Assembly (NCBI GenBank): GCA_025201805.1
Contig: MU619245.1
Location: forward strand, 192,697 to 256,696
Origin: Parasitella parasitica NRRL 2501
Taxonomy: Eukaryota > Fungi > Mucoromycota
DNA length: 64,000 nt
Direction: 5' to 3'
The notes beneath the pieces were generated by a model, which saw only the letters and a program-made list of their open reading frames with translations, searched no databases and had not been told where the DNA came from. How positions within the stretch are numbered: the first letter of the stretch is position 1; every line of letters starts with the position of its first letter. The translations under genes and the position numbers were made by a program. Positions 51,501 through 64,000 of this stretch are shown here, one piece after another.

Positions 51501-53996
51501 TTCGAGTGATATTGGCAGGAATTTCCATATCTGCATCCAATATATCCGCTACGGCTGTGCGAGGACAAAAGCTCTCACCTTCCAACAGCACAGTTTCGCC
51601 CAACAGGCTCAGCATCATCAATGTCTTGCCAGAGCCTGTGGCCCCACAAATGATACTGAATTTACCATTAGGGAAATGGGCATCTAAATTGTGTAAAATA
51701 AACGTGTCGGCTTCTTGGTATGTGGAGGGAGCAGGTGTGACAGATTGAAAAGTTACAGTAGAGGTAGATCGAGGTATCTGCAAGCTGTTATTCCCGCTAT
51801 TGACGGCAGTGGCAGTGTTTACATCGTCCTCTTCGTCCTCTTCGTCATCGCTTGGGACATCTACCCATGATACCGTTGCATTTCTGAATCCAATTCTGAC
51901 TCGACAATTAGGATCCAAGTTTGTAGTAGGGGGTGATATTTCCTCTTCATTTAGATACGATTCAATGCGACGCACGCTGTAAGTGACGATGAGTATCCAT
52001 GAAGGGAAAAAAAATCAAATGTGTATGCATACATACCTAATAAGAGCTTGCAAAGTATCAACAAATGTCTCGGGCAGACTATTTAATGCGGATCTCAATT
52101 CTGTAAACACTGTGATTGCGGTAAATGCGATTGGAGCTGTAAGTTCTTGCCCCTGAATCTTGGTGAACGTAAAAAAAGTAACAATTGTAACCAGCAAAGG
52201 CGTTCTATATAAAAGTTAGTTCCATGGGATAATAATCTATCTCAAACACTTACCCTTGCCATAATAAATTGAATAAAACTTCGCTAAGAAAAGTCGTTTG
52301 CAAATGCTTGATTTCGACATCTCTTGCTTCCATAACTCGCTTTTCCCAGTTCAACTCCCAAGCAAAAAACTTGATCTGCCGAATACCTTGAAGGACTTCA
52401 TTCATTAGTGATACGCGCTTATCTCGAGCCTCCATCAGCTTTTCTTGAGTTTTGGCAAACATGATAGAATTAAAATGGTTCAAAGGGAGAGTGATGATCA
52501 TAACAGATAAACCGAGTAGGCAGGATGACCCAAGCAGCGAGTACAAAAATGAAATGCCAACAATTAGCTCGATGGGAGACTCAATAATGACAAACCAAGA
52601 AGTTGTGAAATCCGAGATACGTTGAGAATCAGTGCTCATGAGGTTCACAATGGTACCGATGGTGTTGGTATGGCCTTCGCCTGCTGCGTTATTTTCGTTG
52701 GCAGTGTCTGCTGCTGCTGTTGCTTCAGTTTTGGGGACTAACTCATCGTCGTTGTCGTTTGCTTCTCTATGCATATCTGCAGTTCCAATTCGACGAAGAG
52801 TTTTGCGATATAATTCGATATTCAGCATTGATTTTACCTTGACTCGAAGGGACGATGAACCTATATTAGTTGTGAGATAACTTTCTTTCTGTCATCCCGC
52901 CTTCTTTACTCGGCAGAAACTTACCCCAATAATAAAGCTGACCAACGACAATACTAAGAACCATCAATGACAATGATAAGCCAGAAACAATCATCAAGCC
53001 TTTTATCAGATAGAACTCATCTTGCTTACCAGAATCAATGTCTTGAATCAGGTTCAGCAGCTTGTTCAGAAAATAGGCAGGACCATAGTACAAAGCAGCC
53101 GATATGGCAGTGGTGATGGATTGCAATATAAGAGCAGTCATGTTGGCATGAATCAAACGGTAAACCAGAGATCGATCTCTCCTAGCACCAAACATGTAAT
53201 ACAGATTATGGCCGCGATAAGTAGGAGGCAGGCTTGGTAAACGAATATTCTGTGCATTATTGTACACGCCAAGAACGATAGGAGTACCCCAATTAAAATA
53301 CAACAAGCTAAAGATAGATGCTACAGTTATGCCCGCCACCGGGGCAGGCTTTCCGTCTTTGTAATCGTCGTTATCTCCATCGACATCCAAGTGTGGCGGA
53401 CCCTGCTCGATGGATCCAGTGGTATAAAAAAGGTCGAGCGAAAATAGTATGTCGAGCACTAGTGGGAGTCCTTGAGCCAGTGTCAGTTGGCTGTGGTGTA
53501 CTCGGAATGCGTCCCATAGACAATAGAGCGACACACACAATGATGTCATGTAGTAGACAAAGAGGTGGATGTTGAGAACAAAGCCCCACTTGTTTGGCAG
53601 TTGATAGTGTCGTGAAACGATTGCCAGTGCCAATATGTAAAACCACGACACACACACGAGTGAGATGCATATGATGTTGTACACTGCCCCGTCACTGCGA
53701 TTGCCATGTAACAAACGAGATGAAGCGTCGTAGAAATCATACACCTTCAATGCTGTCATCACAATGGTGCCAAATAGTACACGAGTTAGTCGAGTATCAT
53801 CTGCAAATGGCACAGTGTAATCTCGCAAGTGATCATATTTTAATGGCGATCTAGTTGTTGACAAATCTTCTTCAAGCCGAATGCCAGCGCTGTGATGGTG
53901 GAAACGGCGTTGGACAGATAGCACAATTGAGCCAAGACATGCTGTACCAGCTAAAACTGCTGCTGACCATATGGAAACAGGCAGTTCATGCTCCAT
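48544..53996 (-). CDS. Full-length ABCC/MRP transporter (Ybt1/Bpt1-like) with N-terminal TMD0
   Basis: NBD1 GATGSGKT, LSGGQRARVALARA and LLDD. NBD2 GRTGSGKS, FSQGQRQ, MDEATAS and IAHRL. FFDTTPIGRILNRFSKD in TMD2. Start MEHELP at 53996. Multiple introns. Confidence 0.95.
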
Positions 53997-55032
53997 GTTG
54001 TCAAAATGCAAAGAGGAAGGAAAAGAGAGAGAAGGAGCGAAATTAAAAATGTTTCGGGTAAAAATGTGTTTGATGGAATAACTTCCTAGCGTAGAACCAG
54101 TGACTACTAGAAGCCCAAGATCCCAACTGTTGAGCTTTGCTTGCATTCGAATAAAAGCATCCTACATTTGCATATATATGAATGTATTGTATCGCATGTG
54201 CATAGTAGCACACCATAATTTATCATGCTGACCATGTGCATAAATAAGCAGAAAATTGTTGCCAGAAAATATGTAACACAACAGCTCTATATTTCGGCAA
54301 AGCTCTCAAGTACCGCCAGTCTATGGGTAGTTGGCAGACACAAGTGTAAGCAGACACCAATAGAATGATAATAATAAAGCATCCTAAGACTAAAAATTTA
54401 CCCAACAGTGATAAGAGTGTAATCTGTCGCTTTAGCATACCGTACCATAACCGCTGATTTCATCGTAGTTTGATGTAGAAATTGCCTGCTTTTCTTGTAT
54501 TAACAGTGAATATGTTCAAAATTACAAGTTTNNNNNNNNNNNNNNNNNNNNGATGGTATACAAACTCATCTGCTTGAACAATGCTCTGCTATCTTGATTT
54601 GCTCAAATTCCGTGGTTTACTCAAACTAAACTGCAAAAACACAAACTTCAACAGCCCATTTCTCAAGATGCAAAGGGATTTACAGACTTTCATGCCGATA
54701 CTTACTACCTTGTGGACCAACAAAATGTAGGGATTTGTACAGAATTAGCTGTAGAAAAGCAGCACAGGGTGAGGACATGAATGGTCCATGACGAATAGTT
54801 CAGGAGACTACTTGGAGTACCTTTTCTGCAAGTATACTCCCTTCCCACATTGAAAAGCCACGGCCGACATCTAGCTGGATAACGAGTACTTTTGTCATCC
54901 ATTGTGCCCGGGTAACTGCATTGATCAAAACCTGCGTTGAAAACAAATTATACTTACTGCGTATTCAGACACCAATTTCAGAATCGTGTGAAGCTTAAAG
55001 GCAGTATTCATACTGGAGTTATTAAAAATATA

Positions 55033-57352
55033 CTGTCATTTTGCAGTTTCTGAAAAAAAAAAGTCCAAGTAAATGAGGAAGGTCATGGCGATTGTGGTTA
55101 ATATATTAAGGTTTTTGGGTAGTAAACTTTTTATTTCTGATAAAAGCCAAAAAGTTTCTGAGGCATAAGAGTAATTACTTCATTTTATTCATAGTGAAAA
55201 TACAAAGAGAATGTGTTGTAAAATAAGCTATCTGCATCATATCTTCAAGTTTAAGACATTCTTGAAAAAAAGATTACGGTTGTCTATTGACAAACATCTG
55301 TGATTCTGGGTGTAAGTGTGTCCGTTGACTTTGAAACAAAGACCTTTAATTGGATTCTGGAGTGGAGAGTAGGGTTGAAGATAAGCTTTATATATGTCCT
55401 TGGTTTTCATAAATTTCTATACAGATATTTTTTTTTTGAATGGGTGTATTATCCTGATGGCAGATTGTTTCCTTTTCTCTGGCATTTTCTTATTCCTTCA
55501 GTTGATCTGGCGTCTTTTTAGTGTAGAAGGTCTCGTCAGACAAGTACCGAGCAGGATTCTCTATATCCAGTTGTACGGTAGAACAGCTAGTCAAGCCTGT
55601 GCCATCTTTTCCATACATAATATTGGAATGGTTCAAAAGTGTATCTTTGTAAAGCCAGCGTAGATTTTAGGCGTCTGATTTTTTTTTTTTTTTGGTCTAT
55701 GCGGACTTCATTGTGGTATTGTCAGAAAAAAGACAAAAACTGTAAGAAAACAATGCATAGCGATTTCAAATACAAAAAAAGTAATTCAAAGTAATGCATT
55801 AGACCAAAAGGCATCTTTTAATTACATATTTGAATAGCTTAGAGCAAGTTTCTGTACTTTTTAAGTTGACATCAGATGAAGATAGCTACTTCTCTGACGT
55901 TTTTTCGAAAAAGTATATTCGAAAATCGGAGCGTGAGATCGTCAGGCCAGGTAGAGACATTTAATAGACTAAATTCCAATTGTTTTTATTTTGATTTGGG
56001 TAAGTTATCGTTTCTCAAAGGTAATGCTTTCATCAAAAAACACACGATTTCTCCTTGTTAGCGGAGATTAAATGTGTCCAAAACCAGGAAGAAAAGATTC
56101 TTTCAGAAACTCCATTTGGATAATTCGAAAACAAAATTACTCTTTGAGGCAAGATATCATCCTCTGATACTATGCACACCACGGCTGTCAGTCTATGATA
56201 ATAGCTGTATATTTGGGCACGCTACACGATGGTGTTATTTTCATAATGCCAGTATGCCTATGGAAGGAATTCTGCCAAAAAATCTCGAAAACAAATTAAG
56301 CGGGAAAAGTCAACATTTTGCTCAATCAGAGCGCATTTCCACTCTTTCAGATCATTGAATGGTCTTTTACGATCATTTTCCTCTAATCTATGATATAGTA
56401 AAAAGTTGCATTTTTGAGGTCAAAATCGAGGATAATGCATAATCAATGAGTTTGGATGCGTGGATACAAGGAAAAAATCGAAAAAATCTGTCATTTTGCA
56501 TTGAAAAAAAAATCATGCTCAAATTGCACCAAAATCATATATAATATGGTTTTTTTTCCAATGGATACTATTTCCAGTGATTTCAAGGCACTTTTGGTTA
56601 TGAAATCAATCGAAAAATGACATATGAATCTAAATTTCTTGCTTTTAAGCTGTAAAAATTATCTACTTCGAGGTGATATCACGTCAATATCACTTTTGGT
56701 ACATGATACAGCTCTATAAAGTAAGTGTTTTTGATGCCACAAGTATACTTTTCTTCCTAGTAAAGTGATAAAACAGATGTGGCTCTTCGAGTTGGAAGCA
56801 TTTGGCAGATACGTAAAAATTAATGCCTTGTTAGTATATGCAGTTTGATACTTTGATGGTTTTGTTGTTTAATAATTTTAAGTTCAAATACCTATGCAGT
56901 TTTATATACTTGTCTAAATATTTGAGCTTATTTAGATGTCTAATATCTAACGGATATATCTGAAATAATTTATCAATTATGAAATTCAAACAATTCTGTG
57001 TTTTGGCCTCTTCGTGATTATTCAGTTTCAGGTATCTGAAGTACATGTCGATAGTGTTGATAAAGAATCTTCATTGTATTGAAAAATGGGATAATAAAAA
57101 ATCCAAATAGTTATCCATTTAAAAATACTTAATGTTCCTGCAACAATGGCTGTTTGATTAAAAATAAAATAATTCAGACGAAGTAATTTCGCATATCATT
57201 ATAAAATGTTCTCTATTCTTAGCCATCTCTGAAACTTCACAGCTTTTATCAGAAATAAAAGGTTTATTATAGAAACCTTAATAGATAATCACAAACACCG
57301 TGATATTTTCTCATTTACTTGAACTTTTTTTTCAGACATCATAAAAAGACTG
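55033..57352. mobile_element. Old non-autonomous DNA element (about 2.3 kb) with long degenerate terminal inverted repeats and TA flanks
   Basis: Left TA-CTGTCATTTTG...CTGAAAAAAAAAAGTCCAAGTAAATGAG...TTTTATTTCTGATAAAAGC mirrors right GCTTTTATCAGAAATAAAA...CTCATTTACTTGAACTTTTTTTTCAGA...GACTG-TA over about 140 bp. No transposase ORF inside. Confidence 0.7.
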
Positions 57353-57678
57353 TAGAATATTCGAGTCAGGTACAGGGAATACAAGGCAGCTTGGGAACGT
57401 TTCAAAAGATGCTTGACTCAAATAATTCAAAGTGATTACTATAACGCATATTGCCATACGGTTGACTTGATTTTATGCTGACTTTGCTTCTATTATTTAT
57501 CAAATCAGATCGATTCTATCATGCAGGGAATGCATTCAACAGGAAACCACAAATGACACAGGGACGAGACGCGACATTCAGAACGTCACGAGCAAAGATC
57601 AAGACTTTTTTTTTTACATACCGTATTTCAAATGCAACAGCTTGACGTTTTTAACCACTCAACTTTACCAAAGCAAAA

Positions 57679-59105
57679 ATGGGTATCAAAGGGTTGACTA
57701 ATCTTATATCTGAATATGCTCCTAATGCAATCAAAAGCCACGAAATCAAGAGCTATTTTGGCCGTAAGGTTGCTATTGATGCCTCCATGTGCATCTATCA
57801 ATTCATGATTGCTGTGCGCCAACAAGATGGTCAAATGCTCCAAAACGAAGAAGGTGAGACCACTAGCCATCTGATGGGTATGTTCTATCGTACAGTCCGT
57901 ATGGTGGACCACGGTATTAAACCTGTATATGTATTTGATGGTAAGCCCCCTATGCTCAAATCCGGCGAGGTAAGTTTTTCAGCATCCTTGAACAAGCAAG
58001 CCTGATTCAAGCCGTTTCCGTATAGCTGGCCAAGAGAAAGGCTCGTAAAGAAGAGGCTCAACTGAAAATGGATGAAGCAACTGAATTGGGCAACCAAGAA
58101 GATATCAGCAGATTTTCCAAACGTACTGTCAAAGTGACACTACAACATAATGATGAATGCAAGGAATTGCTGAGGGTGATGGGAATCCCCTATGTGGAGG
58201 CCCCTTGCGAAGCCGAGGCTCAGTGTGCTGAATTGGCAAAAGCGGGAAAGGTGTTTGCTGCTGCATCTGAAGATATGGATACGTTGACCTTTGCCTCGCC
58301 TGTATTGCTCCGTCATTTGACCTTTTCTGAAGCAAGAAAGATGCCAATTGATGAAGTTCATCTAGGGAAAGCATTGGAGGGGTTGGAGTTGACTATGTCT
58401 GAGGTAAGCAAAACAACTTAAGATGGAGTTTTCAGGACATTGACACACCCTAGTTTATTGATCTTTGTATTTTAATGGGTTGTGATTATACTGAGACTAT
58501 CAAAGGTGTTGGGCCAAAGAACGCATACAATTTGATCAAACAACACAAGACAATCGACGAAGCAATCAAACATTTGACGCCTAGATTACGAGACAATATA
58601 CCTGCAGACTGGAACTATGCTAACGCTCGTGAATTGTTTGTCAGCCCAGAAGTGCTACCAGGAAAAGACGTTGAGGTGAGTTTTTAATATGGAAAAGGTC
58701 ACATTGCTAATTTAAACGGTAGCTTACTTGGAACGCACCTGATGTAGAAGCTGTGGTGGATCTGATGGTCAGAAAAAATGGGTTTTCGTATGTATAGACA
58801 AAAGTTTGGTGGGCATGGTCAAAGTTTAATATTTGTTGTCTACAGCGAGGATCGTATCAGAAGTGGCTGCGCAAAACTAGAAAAAAATTTGAAGACGGCA
58901 ACTCAAACTAGAGTACAAGACTTCTTCAAAGTGCTGCCTTCATCCAGTCCTTCTAAAGCAGCCCCCAAGAAGGTATAGTAGCTTGGTGTCTTTTTTTTTT
59001 TTTTTTTTTTTTTCAATGCTAATAAAATACCTGTAGGATAATAACAAGAGAGGTGGCAAAGACACAGGTAAAAAAGCCCCTGCCAAGAGAGGAAGAAAAA
59101 AATAA
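57679..59105 (+). CDS. FEN1: Flap endonuclease 1
   Basis: [49 protein letters not shown] box QTRVQDFF and a basic tail ending KRGRKK-TAA at 59105. Confidence 0.97.
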
Positions 59106-59146
59106 ATATTTGCACTGATTCACACTATAATAAAACGTTTATTTTT

Positions 59147-61740
59147 TTAAAGAATAATATCTTGATCGTCATCTTGCTCAATCAGGCCAAGATGCTTGCT
59201 CAATTTTCCCTTTGAAAGCATCGATTGTGCATTCTTGAGAATAGAGACCAAGACCGTCTCGGTTTCTTCTACTTTCTTTAGATCTTTGAGCTCTCTTGAT
59301 TCAACAATGCTTGGGAAGGCTTGCAACAAACCAGATTTAGCAGAAGGACCATAGATGGCATGCTTGTACCAAGGTCTACCGAAAAGTAAGCCTTGGTGCT
59401 CGACAAACATTCGCTCAAACTTGACGAGACGATCGTTAGCGTGCCTGACTTTCTTGAGCCATTTCTTGTGGCTATTATGCTTGCTCTTTGCGATGCCAGC
59501 AAATTCATTTAGGTCTTGTACCTTGTTATTGAATTTTAATGTGGCCTTGTACAACGAATCCAGGGCAGATGCAAGCTTGGGCAATTCGTTTTCTGATGTT
59601 TTGTTGTCGTTGGTATGTTTTTTTGTTGCACCAACCTGGTCATCACATGTCAACACATCCAGATATTGTTTCATAGTCAATGCATAGTCCATAGGGTACA
59701 ACGGCAAAAGAGTGTCGCTTGATAAGCGCAGTGTAAGCAAGCCCCACAGTCTAACCATAGTTTGGTGGTATTCGTAAGTTGGGTCTCCTACTTGTTCCAT
59801 CCAAGAAATGTCGTCAAATGTGCTGTGAAGAAGGTTGTTGTCGCCCTCAAAAGACATGGACAGACTAGAGATACCAGCATGCTCAAAGAAGGCCACAGTA
59901 TCTCCACTGGACGGTTTACCTAAAAGAGATATTAAACTGTCTTGGTCATCTTGATCTTGCTTCTTATTGCGATGAATCCATGACTCATAGACAGACTTGC
60001 TTGTACGAGGATCAATTACCCTAGAAGCAACGTCGACCAAGACACGGTTGAGCAAGGGCGAAGCCTGAGCATTGAAGTGAGGGCCCGTAACAGCATGGTC
60101 CACATCAAGGTAAGCAATGGCATTTTTGCTCAACCACGCCAGATGATCTTCAACATATTCAGTAGAGCCGATATTTCCAAATTCATTGGCATCCCAGGAG
60201 GCCAGGATAATGGTGCGACGGGGCTTCCATCCTTTTTCAAGCAAAATACCAAATACTCTTGCTAGTTCAAGCTAAATGATTTTTTTTTGTTAGTTTACAG
60301 CTATCGTTTCACTTTAATTATGCATGGGTTTATTTACCAAAACAGCCGAACCAGAGGATGGATCTGCGGCACCTTGGTCCCAGGCATCACGGTGATTACC
60401 AATAATGATAGCCTTTTCATCTTCTTCGTCTCCCGGAATGCGCGCCATGACATTCCAAATAGGCTTTGTTTTGAATTCGTTATAATTGACTAGATTGCAC
60501 TGAGCCAAGCTGGGTCCTGAAAAATAATCAATCTCTTTGATGCCGCCCACCCAGGAAGGATCAGCAAAGCCTAATCCTTGAGTAGCACGAAGTAAAGGCA
60601 GAGCATCTGCCCAGGATATTGGCAGCGAGGGGATTTTAGGCAGGTTGGTAAACGTTTCATTGCGAGTAGCATTCAGAGTTGCAGCAAAACCAGGCGTAGA
60701 TGGATCTCCTGGATGAACAAAGTCGTATTGAACACTGGCTCTGCGGACACCAGCGGGACCAAGGCCTTTATTATCTGCAGGGTCCGTGTAAACGAGGGCA
60801 CCGACACAGCCAAATGCTTCAGCATGTTGCACTTTGACGCTACTAGGTACAACACCATCACGCATCAATGCAATAGAACCCTTGAGCTCGATATTGTTCT
60901 TGGTGAGCAAAACAAAGTCTTCAAGACGACCATAATTAACGTATACAACGCTGCCAGTAACATTACCATCCGCAGAGTAAGCTATATATTCAGCCGATAA
61001 ATGCCAATGCCAATTAAAAATCGACTCCATTTAACTTACCATGGAAAGTAGGGGTACTATCTTTAGATTCTTGGAGATCAGCCAAGAATAACAAATCTGG
61101 AGTTCCAGTAACAATGCCCAACTTGCGCTCAGTGGGATAGTTCATGAATGGATAGTATGTTTCGATAGTAGCGTTTTTGAGACCAAACTTTGTAAATTGG
61201 TCGCGGGTCCACTTTGCCAATTCATGGTCATTGTGAGAACCAGCAAGATGGCCTTGAGAGGCATAGTGGTGCAGCATGCCACGAATAGATTGTGAGGATG
61301 GAATATCCTTGATCAAATCAGCATAATTTGGGGTTAACTCTTCAAATCCATCAATAACAACATCTAATTTTGATACAAAGGCATATAAGCTAAACAAACA
61401 CACACGCACACGCACACGCATACAAATAAACTGTACCTGCTTGAAACATGTCAGAAGCCATAAAAGTACGAGCACCAAAAACAACCAAAAGCATAAACAT
61501 AACAGAGGCCAAGAACAAGTGAATAACACTAGGCTTTTGGCGAGCCCTGAATGTTCTTTGTTTTTCATGAAAGACGCCAAATTTGTCAGAACCCAGGATG
61601 TCAGTAACCCAAGTTACATGTCGCTGGAAGCTTTTGTCAGGGACAGTTTCATCATCATTGATCAGAATAGGCTCAATGGATGAGTAAGATTTCTTGCTCG
61701 ATCTTTGATCCAAGTCTGGCCTTTGATATGCTTGATCCAT
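59147..61740 (-). CDS. Type II membrane M28B glutamate carboxypeptidase II / transferrin-receptor-like protein (Vps70/Tre-like)
   Basis: N-terminal TM, HLAGS, PA domain (YVNYGRLEDF, PGDPSTPG), GNHRDAW..GAADPSSG, WKPRRTIILASWDANEFG and TfR-dimer domain GRPWYKHAIYGP. Start MDQAYQ at 61740. Confidence 0.92.
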
Positions 61741-64000
61741 TGTACATAAAAGAAAGAGAGATTGGGAAGTTAACGCAGTGAACAAGTTTGAGGGGTTTAT
61801 ATATATCTGCTTTTTACGATGTTTCTGAAACAGACATCTGCAGTTCCATTTTGCTTTTCCATGAAAATAAAGAGCAAACAAATAAAGCGATTTTAGAAGG
61901 TAGCCTGATGTAAATACATAAGCATTAAGCTTTTGTGTGCAAATATATCCGCATATGTCCTTGACCTTATACGTTTCAATTTTATTTGCATTGTTACTTG
62001 TATATCTCTGACACGCACCCGTTTCCCCCATTTCGGATTATTGCTTGGTCGTGGTATCACATGTATTGTTTATCATGCAACAATACAAATAAAAGATAAT
62101 TGCTGCAAAGAAGATTATCAAGAATCAGCGTTTCATTATCAAGGCGTATCTTTACAACATAATCGCAGTTCTTTCGCATTTTCATTGATAAAGGCGAGCA
62201 GTACTGGATTCACATATAGTCGTATTCATGAGACAATAGAGATGTTGCTTATTTTTTTTTTTGAATTTTGTCTCTAACATGAAAGCCTACCGCAGATACG
62301 GTAGAAACATACAGGAAATTAAAACGTGTAGTTCATTATAAATAAGCTTTGACTACAGGAGCTTTGCCTTGCCAGTGTATCCCTATTGATAAAAGCTGAT
62401 TACCTTGGGTATTGTATGTATATTATACTATGATATATAAGCTTGGCGCGAATGTGTCTTCTCGGCTGAATACACCATAAATTGTGTTTTCTCATGATGC
62501 ACATGTGTAGTGACTTATAACGAAAACTAACGTTGCTGTGGTGCTAGATACGGTACTGCCCTTGAGATCTGGAGCACTAAGGCTATTACAGACATATTTC
62601 AACACAAAATTATGCTTGTGCCGTAGCCAGATCACAGTGAGCATTACCAGAAATCAAATCATTATGGTTCATACAGTTTCGGCTTTGGCGTTTTACCTTA
62701 ACAGGATCAAAACCTGTCATATGACTGTGAGTGAATTGTAATGAGCCTTGCTGCTTCTGTAGTCTTTTAATGAGAAAAATCAGCATGCCATCGTTTTCGA
62801 GAAGGCCACAAAAATCTTTACCCTGCACGGACTCGAGATTACCATTAATGAAGAAAACATTGCAAAAACCATCCTTGTATTGTCGCGCATGACATTGGCT
62901 CAGTTGGGAAATGTGGCAAGACATCTTCTTAGCCATAAGGGAGAGTTTTTGTACGGAATTGCTAAATTTATGAAACAAGGGAGAAACTCTGCGACTACTG
63001 GTTCCGTTCAGTGTGTAGCGCGTATGATGTGGTATTTTGGCTACAGTTTTTAGACAATCTACTTGTTACATTCGGTGGTAAATATTATTGAATAACGATT
63101 GATCTGGTTTGCAAGAAGCATTTAAACTTAATCAATTTTGCGCCAATTTTTTAATTACAAGCGTTGACGATAGCGTAATGTTAGTGAAGTCCTAACGACA
63201 AGTTTTCATTCCAATTGATTGATGTATATCTTTCTGATCAAACAATGATATAGATTTACTAAATATATTTAAACTGCACCAAGATCATGATCTGCAATCA
63301 GTACCTCTAATAATTAATCAAGTGATATTCACAAGCAATTTTGACTTTAATTTTTCAACAAGCAATTAATCTATCAAGTATAATTAAGCTTTATTTCTAT
63401 AACATAATAAATCCTGGTCGTTTTATGTATTACGATTTGACGAGAATTGTGTGGTATATTGCTTGATTGTTGAAAGCCTCAAAATTTGTGTCGTTACACA
63501 CTTGGTGCAAGCTTTGGTGCTATGTTTCATTACAGATGACGTGTGAGTTGAGCATTAAAATAGACCGAGACAACACAGAATAGTACTAGAAGCACTTTTC
63601 TTTTTCTTGTACTCTTTTCTTTCGACAAAGAAATCTATTTGAATAGCATCAGCATGAATAGAGGCACACTTGTATTGTAAGTTTACTTCAAATGCATCTT
63701 GTTGAAAGAGATTCAAACTCCACTAAATTTTAACGATTGAAGGGATATCGATGAGGCTGAATACTTGCTGGATCAGTTAGGAGCACCCGAAAAGGACGAG
63801 GAAAAGTTAGTTACAAAGCTGCGAGAAAGATTGAAGCTATTTTTAACAGAAATTCGCAATGGAGCTGAAGGTAGTCATAATGTATGAACAAAGTTTAAAG
63901 TCTCTAAAGCTATAAATGTAGGTGCTGGCAAAAGAGATTAAATAGCAAATGCTTCACATATGAAGTGTAAACTTGTGGCCTAGATTTATGGTCTTTTTTT

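Noticed and set aside
62538-63960. Short ORFs and coding-like fragments at the right end
   Set aside because: No recognisable domain and frequent stops. They may be a decayed gene or TE, but I cannot support a call.

Overview
Gene-dense, intron-rich, AT-rich eukaryotic DNA. The short GT-AG introns, gene families and LINE type point to a Mucorales fungus (inference). About 20 host protein genes are supported: ZIP zinc transporter, C2-lipase, alpha-tubulin, bHLH factor, homogentisate dioxygenase, LIN1/Snu40, RasGEF, TAF11, two membrane proteins, BCAT, neurochondrin-like, SGT2, NmrA-like, SEL1-repeat protein, ABCC transporter, FEN1 and an M28 peptidase-like protein. There are also two tRNA genes (Lys-CTT, Gly-TCC), a two-ORF non-LTR retrotransposon, one clear TA-flanked MITE, two larger inverted-repeat-bounded elements and a decayed C2H2 zinc-finger gene. 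The most unusual item is a spliced gene (30685-33000), hidden in the ORF track by introns, that joins a NUDT2/Ap4A-hydrolase-like Nudix domain with a degenerate Nudix box, two TTP-type CCCH fingers and an eIF5/eIF2B-epsilon-type W2 domain. It is a candidate single-chain mRNA decay/translation regulator. Other highlights: a LINE head-to-head just upstream of a tRNA gene with a TAATG stop-start junction, a shared E-box upstream of both tRNA genes, a probable 2-nt microexon in SGT2, and a probable M28 pseudo-peptidase. All calls were made by eye; no searches were run.
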